Below the pieces are notes generated by a model. The model was not told the origin of the DNA and ran no database searches. It saw nothing but the letters and a program-made list of their open reading frames with translations. Of a stretch of 57,294 nucleotides of DNA, positions 53,302-57,294 are shown in pieces. Positions within the stretch are counted from its first letter, which is position 1, and each line of letters begins with the position of its first letter. This DNA is from an uncultured Candidatus Cloacimonadota bacterium (GTDB taxonomy: Bacteria > Cloacimonadota > Cloacimonadia > Cloacimonadales > Cloacimonadaceae), in NCBI GenBank assembly GCA_964463825.1, contig CAYXEF010000005.1, forward strand, positions 1 to 57,294. The letters run 5' to 3'. Position numbers and translations under genes: made by a program.

Positions 53302-54356
53302 GAGAATCCGGCGCCGGAGGCGAATTGCTTGGGATTGTCGGCAAACTCCTCGGCTATGGTGCGTTCCACCAGGTTGTTCATCACCAGGTTGTACAGCGAC
53401 TGGTCGCGGGTCTGCATGCCTTCCTTGGTGCTGGCCTGGATGATGGAGGGGATCTGGTAGGTTTTTTCCTCGCGGATCAGGTTGCGCACGGCGGCGTTGG
53501 CCACCATGATCTCCAAAGCGGGCACCCGGCCCTTGCCGTCTTTGGTGGGCAGCAAGGTTTGGGAAAGCACCGCTTCCAGGGATTCGGAAAGCATCGAACG
53601 CACCTGTTGCTGTTGTTCCTTGGGAAACATGTCGATGATACGGTCGATGGACTTGGTGCAACTGCCGGTGTGCAGGGTTGCGAACACCAGGTGTCCGGTT
53701 TCGGCGGCTGTCAACGCCAATGACACCGTCTCCAGATCACGCATTTCACCCACCAGGATCACGTCCGGATCTTCACGCAGGGCGCTGCGCAGCGCCGCGG
53801 TGAAACTCCAGGTGTCATGCCCCAGCTCGCGCTGGTTGATCAGGCTGTTCCTGCTGCGGTGCACAAACTCGATGGGATCTTCGATCGTGATGATGTGGCA
53901 AAAACGGTGGTCGTTGATCGTGTCGATCATCGTGGCCAGGGTCGTGGATTTACCGCTGCCGGTGGGGCCTGTCACCAGGATCAGGCCCTTCTCCTTGGTC
54001 GTCAGACGTTTGAGGATCTCCGGCAAGTGCAATTCTTCGTAACTCTTTATCTCGTTGGGGATGACGCGGAAGGCGGCGGAGATACCGTTGATCTGGTGAA
54101 AGGCGTTGACGCGGAAGCGGACATCGTTGCTGAGTTTGGTGGAGAAGTCAATCTCCAACTGCTCTTTGAACATTTCCTGCTGCACTTCGTTCATTACGCC
54201 AAAGACCAGATTCTCCACTTCTTCCACCGACAGGATGGGCAGATTCAGGCGCTTCATTTTGCCGTTCACGCGCACCATCGGATGGGCTCCGGCCGCCACA
54301 TGGAGGTCCGAGGCCCCGGCTTCGGCGGTGAAGCGCAACAATTCGTGGATAGTCAA
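53298..54356 (-). CDS. pilT: Type IV pilus retraction ATPase PilT
   Basis: ASDLH, RFRVNAF, GPTGSGKSTTLA, IEDPIE, ALREDPD, GEMRD, AAETGH, AVRNLIRE; TTG start after GGAGG. Confidence 0.95.
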   Translation of the reverse strand: MTIHELLRFTAEAGASDLHVAAGAHPMVRVNGKMKRLNLPILSVEEVENLVFGVMNEVQQEMFKEQLEIDFSTKLSNDVRFRVNAFHQINGISAAFRVIPNEIKSYEELHLPEILKRLTTKEKGLILVTGPTGSGKSTTLATMIDTINDHRFCHIITIEDPIEFVHRSRNSLINQRELGHDTWSFTAALRSALREDPDVILVGEMRDLETVSLALTAAETGHLVFATLHTGSCTKSIDRIIDMFPKEQQQQVRSMLSESLEAVLSQTLLPTKDGKGRVPALEIMVANAAVRNLIREEKTYQIPSIIQASTKEGMQTRDQSLYNLVMNNLVERTIAEEFADNPKQFASGAGFS

Positions 54357-54370
54357 CTTGCTGCCTCCAA

Positions 54371-54820
54371 CTAATCGGTCTCGGTCTCGGTCTCTACTCC
54401 TTCGGTATTGGGATCGGTGAACTGGTCAACCCCATAGCCATGGAACTTGGCGTCATCGACGTCGTACCAGACCTGCTTGTCCGGTCCGCCGGGAAAATCT
54501 TCGGTGGATGTGGCGATGAACTTCTTGGGCGGATTGCCGGTGACTTCAAACTTCCAGTGCTTGATCGTGCTTTCACCCAGATTGGTCTCTTTCATCGCTC
54601 TTTCGATGGTGTAGTCCTGCGTGGTGCCGTTGGTCTGGCGGTAAACGTCATAGGTCTTGCGAATGGCGGCGATGGCGGTCTGCGCCTCGCTGGAACGCGA
54701 TTTTTCCACATAGCGCATGTAAATGGGTACGGCCAGGGCGGCCAGGATGGCGACAATGATCACCACCACCAGGATCTCGATCAGGGTGAAACCCTTTTGG
54801 TTTGTCAGTTTCCTGAGCAT
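54371..54820 (-). CDS. pilA: Type IVa major pilin
   Basis: AGGAGG RBS; NQKG|FTLIEILVVVIIVAILAALAVPIY; first gene of the operon. Confidence 0.88.
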   Translation of the reverse strand: MLRKLTNQKGFTLIEILVVVIIVAILAALAVPIYMRYVEKSRSSEAQTAIAAIRKTYDVYRQTNGTTQDYTIERAMKETNLGESTIKHWKFEVTGNPPKKFIATSTEDFPGGPDKQVWYDVDDAKFHGYGVDQFTDPNTEGVETETETD

Positions 54821-54866
54821 TTGGTATTCCTCCTGTAGGAACATTGTTTTGGTTGTTTTTCATTAT

Positions 54867-54884
54867 ATGCACGATACGTGCCAA
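54867..54884 (-). promoter_or_regulatory. Sigma-54 (RpoN) -24/-12 promoter of pilA
   Basis: Minus strand TTGGCACGTATCGTGCAT with exact GG-N10-GC spacing, about 47 nt upstream of the pilA ATG. Confidence 0.75.
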
Positions 54885-54996
54885 TTCTACGGCAAAGTTA
54901 CCGGGCAGCTTGATTTCAAGAAAATCACTTGACGCAATCCTGTCCATTTTTTTCTTTGCCTCCAGTTAAAAATCCTTATAACTCAAGGAGAAACAC

Positions 54997-57057
54997 ATGT
55001 CTAAAGTTCGTTGGCAACTACCCCTTGTGCTACTGATTCTGGCTCTGGCAGCCTTGTCCGCCGAACCGGTTACGCCGGTCACCGTGACCAACCAGAACCA
55101 GGTGCAGGATTCCGATATTCTGGCGGAATTCTCCGGCGGCGTGATCACCCGCGCCGATCTGGAAGCCAAAATCTCCAAATTGCCGCCCAACGCCCAGGGA
55201 CGGTACCGCACCGTCGACGGTCAGCTCCAGGTTCTGGACATCATGGCCGTGGAGGAGGCCTTCATGGCCAAGGCTTTGCAACTGGGCGTGGACCAGGATC
55301 CCGAGATCCTGGAGAAGATCGAGGCCGGCACCCGCCAGTTCTATATCCAGGAATACTACAAGCGCAACGTCTCGGACCTGCTGGTGGTCACCGAGGCCGA
55401 TAAACTGAAGTACTACGAAGACAACAAACAGGCCTTCTACCAGTACCCCTTCATCAGCATCAGCTACATCCAGGCCGAGGACGAAGCCGCGGCCGGCAAG
55501 GCGGTCAAGGAACTGCAGGCCGGCAAAGACTTCGCCGCGGTCTCCGACACATACAACATCAACAACTACGCCAAAGGCCTCAAGGGCCTGCTGAAAAACA
55601 TCCGCCTCAACGGCAATGTCCCCGGCGTGGGCAACGACCTCGAGCTGGAGAAATTCATCGCCGATTCGCAACCCGACAGCACCAGGATTTACGGACCCTA
55701 CGAGACCACCACCGGCTGGCACCTCTTCCGCACCAATGAATACATCCCCGGCCGTCAGAAGGAGTTTCAGGAAGTGCTGCCCGAACTCGAACAGCGCACC
55801 CGCCCCGGCGTGGAAAGCCGTATGCTGAAAGATCTCACCGACCGCCTCAAACTCAAGTATGCCGTCGAGATCGACACCCTCGTCCTGGCCGGCCTCAACC
55901 TTTCACAGCCCGCGCAGGAAAGCGAAGCTGAGGACCCCGTCCTGGTCACATCCAGCAATCCCGAACTGCAAATGACCGTCAGCGGACTGTTGACCGCCTA
56001 CAGTAAACTTTCGCCGCAAGAGCAGGTCTTCATCAGCAAGGGCGAAGGCGTCAAACAATTGCTGGACCAGGAACTTACCCGCGACCTGCTGTATGTGGAT
56101 GCCAAACAGCAGGATTACTCCGCCTCGTTGGCCGACAACCCCGAGTACCAGCAAATGAAGCGTTATTACATCCTGAACAAGGTCTTCCGCCAGCTCGTGG
56201 TCGATACCATCGAGATCAGCAGCGAGGAAACCCGCGCCTATTATGATGAACACCAGGCCGATTTCACCATGCCCGGCTACCGCGCCATCGAAGCCCTGTG
56301 GTTTGACAAGGAAAAAAGCGCCGCACGCGCCCTCAAAAAATACCAGCGCTTCGCCAAAGTCGGCGACCAGAAAAGGATCGACGACCTCATCGCCAAAGAA
56401 TCCATCCGCCCCAAGCAAGCCCTTTTGGACAATATCTACGACAATGGCATCATCACCGGCATCGGACCCGACGAAGCCCTGTCCCGCCAGGTTTGGGACA
56501 ATCCCGTCGGCTATATCAGCCCCGTGATCACATCCACCCGCGGCGACCTCCTCTTCTTCCGCATCCTGCGCGACACTCCGACCAGCGTTCAGGACTTCAC
56601 TTCGGTCGAGCCACGCATCTTCGGCCAGCTCAAGAACGAGCGCCAGAAAACCCGGCAGGACGAGGTCACAGCGGAACTCTTCACCGAGTTCAATATGGTC
56701 AAGTATCCCGAACGCCTCAAACTCGAACTCTCCGCGGAAGAACTCTTCACCATGGCCGACAACTCCGCCAAGCAACGCAATTTCCGCGATGCCATCACCT
56801 TCTATGACCAGATCATCGAAAACCACGCCAACGGCTCCGACGATTACCGCGCCTCCTTCATGAAAGCCTTCATCGTCGCCGAGGAACTCAAGGACGAACA
56901 ACAGGCCCTGCAGCTCTTCCGCGAGTTCCTGCAAAAATACCCCAGCGGCGACCTCAATGAATCCGCCCAGTTCATGATCGACGTCCTCGAAGGCAAGGAA
57001 GTTCTGCAAATCGAAGATGACACGGAATTACCGGAAACACCCGCGGAAGACGAATAA
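54997..57057 (+). CDS. Exported PpiC-type peptidyl-prolyl isomerase/SurA-like chaperone with two PPIase-like regions and a C-terminal TPR
   Basis: AAGGAG RBS, signal peptide, GKDFAAVS, GPYETTTGWHLF, a second repeat of the fold, C-terminal helical repeats ...FLQKYPSG. Confidence 0.78.
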   Translation: MSKVRWQLPLVLLILALAALSAEPVTPVTVTNQNQVQDSDILAEFSGGVITRADLEAKISKLPPNAQGRYRTVDGQLQVLDIMAVEEAFMAKALQLGVDQDPEILEKIEAGTRQFYIQEYYKRNVSDLLVVTEADKLKYYEDNKQAFYQYPFISISYIQAEDEAAAGKAVKELQAGKDFAAVSDTYNINNYAKGLKGLLKNIRLNGNVPGVGNDLELEKFIADSQPDSTRIYGPYETTTGWHLFRTNEYIPGRQKEFQEVLPELEQRTRPGVESRMLKDLTDRLKLKYAVEIDTLVLAGLNLSQPAQESEAEDPVLVTSSNPELQMTVSGLLTAYSKLSPQEQVFISKGEGVKQLLDQELTRDLLYVDAKQQDYSASLADNPEYQQMKRYYILNKVFRQLVVDTIEISSEETRAYYDEHQADFTMPGYRAIEALWFDKEKSAARALKKYQRFAKVGDQKRIDDLIAKESIRPKQALLDNIYDNGIITGIGPDEALSRQVWDNPVGYISPVITSTRGDLLFFRILRDTPTSVQDFTSVEPRIFGQLKNERQKTRQDEVTAELFTEFNMVKYPERLKLELSAEELFTMADNSAKQRNFRDAITFYDQIIENHANGSDDYRASFMKAFIVAEELKDEQQALQLFREFLQKYPSGDLNESAQFMIDVLEGKEVLQIEDDTELPETPAEDE

Positions 57058-57080
57058 CCGCCGCAACCGCCAACACCCTT

Positions 57081-57106
57081 AAGGCCCCGCGAGAGCGGGG
57101 CCTTTT
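57081..57106 (+). terminator. Rho-independent terminator
   Basis: AAGGCCCCGC-GAGA-GCGGGGCCTT followed by TT. Confidence 0.85.
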
Positions 57107-57294
57107 CCTATTTTAGTCAGACAGCCCGGCGTGACAGACAACTCACAGGTCCATCCACCCCAGGGAGCCCAGCGTCTTTCCATCCAGATCGTATTCTGAC
57201 CCGCCAGTATAAGCCCCCGGCGGATCGTCTGTGGATAGTCTGAACACGGCTGGGGCTATGGCTTATCGCCATAACTTATTGTGTCGCAAGACAC

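Noticed and set aside
5572-53661. N-terminal extensions in the ORF track (starts 6000, 7735, 10727, 18622, 22732, 26045, 29192, 37882, 53661) as fusions or frameshifts
   Set aside because: Each extension overlaps a neighbouring gene or intergenic DNA and has no family similarity; downstream starts with an RBS or stop/start coupling fit better.
40608-54820. Type II secretion system
   Set aside because: PilT with the AVRNLIRE motif, a cytoplasmic PilM and the pilMNOPQ order indicate a retractile type IVa pilus.
1-57294. rRNA, tRNA, transposase, integrase, prophage or defence genes
   Set aside because: None recognised by eye; all long ORFs are accounted for and the intergenic gaps are short. 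tRNAscan and Infernal were not run.

Overview
GC-rich bacterial chromosomal segment from an anaerobe. The gene set and the FlgD-Ig-type C-terminal tails on secreted proteins suggest Cloacimonadota (WWE1) or a related FCB lineage; this is inference, no search was run. In order, it contains: two secreted beta-propeller proteins; a minus-strand amino-acid catabolic operon (SpoVG-like gene, PLP aminotransferase, four-subunit 2-oxoacid:ferredoxin oxidoreductase, methylmalonyl-CoA epimerase); lplA; an M3B oligoendopeptidase; a large secreted protein; an iron-containing ADH; lepB-hemW-tRNA nucleotidyltransferase; an FGE/CLec-fold lipoprotein; a 12-gene [FeFe]-hydrogenase cluster; a 1425-aa lamin-tail surface protein; an M3A peptidase; a type IVa pilus locus (no pilD in the window); and a PpiC-type chaperone. 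I saw no rRNA, tRNA, CRISPR array, transposase or integrase. The most interesting observations are four. (1) The hydrogenase operon has one catalytic HydA but two HydC/HydB flavin modules, one with bifurcating-type and one with non-bifurcating-type signatures, plus a cysteine-less HydD and a kinase/phosphatase/sensor module. (2) Two unrelated secreted proteins share a ~70-aa C-terminal domain that may be a second sorting signal. (3) Several intergenic palindromes are built from 11-bp-periodic units. (4) The aromatic-rich major pilin sits behind a sigma-54 promoter in a locus with an Ig-repeat lipoprotein and a giant PilX-like protein but no pilY1.
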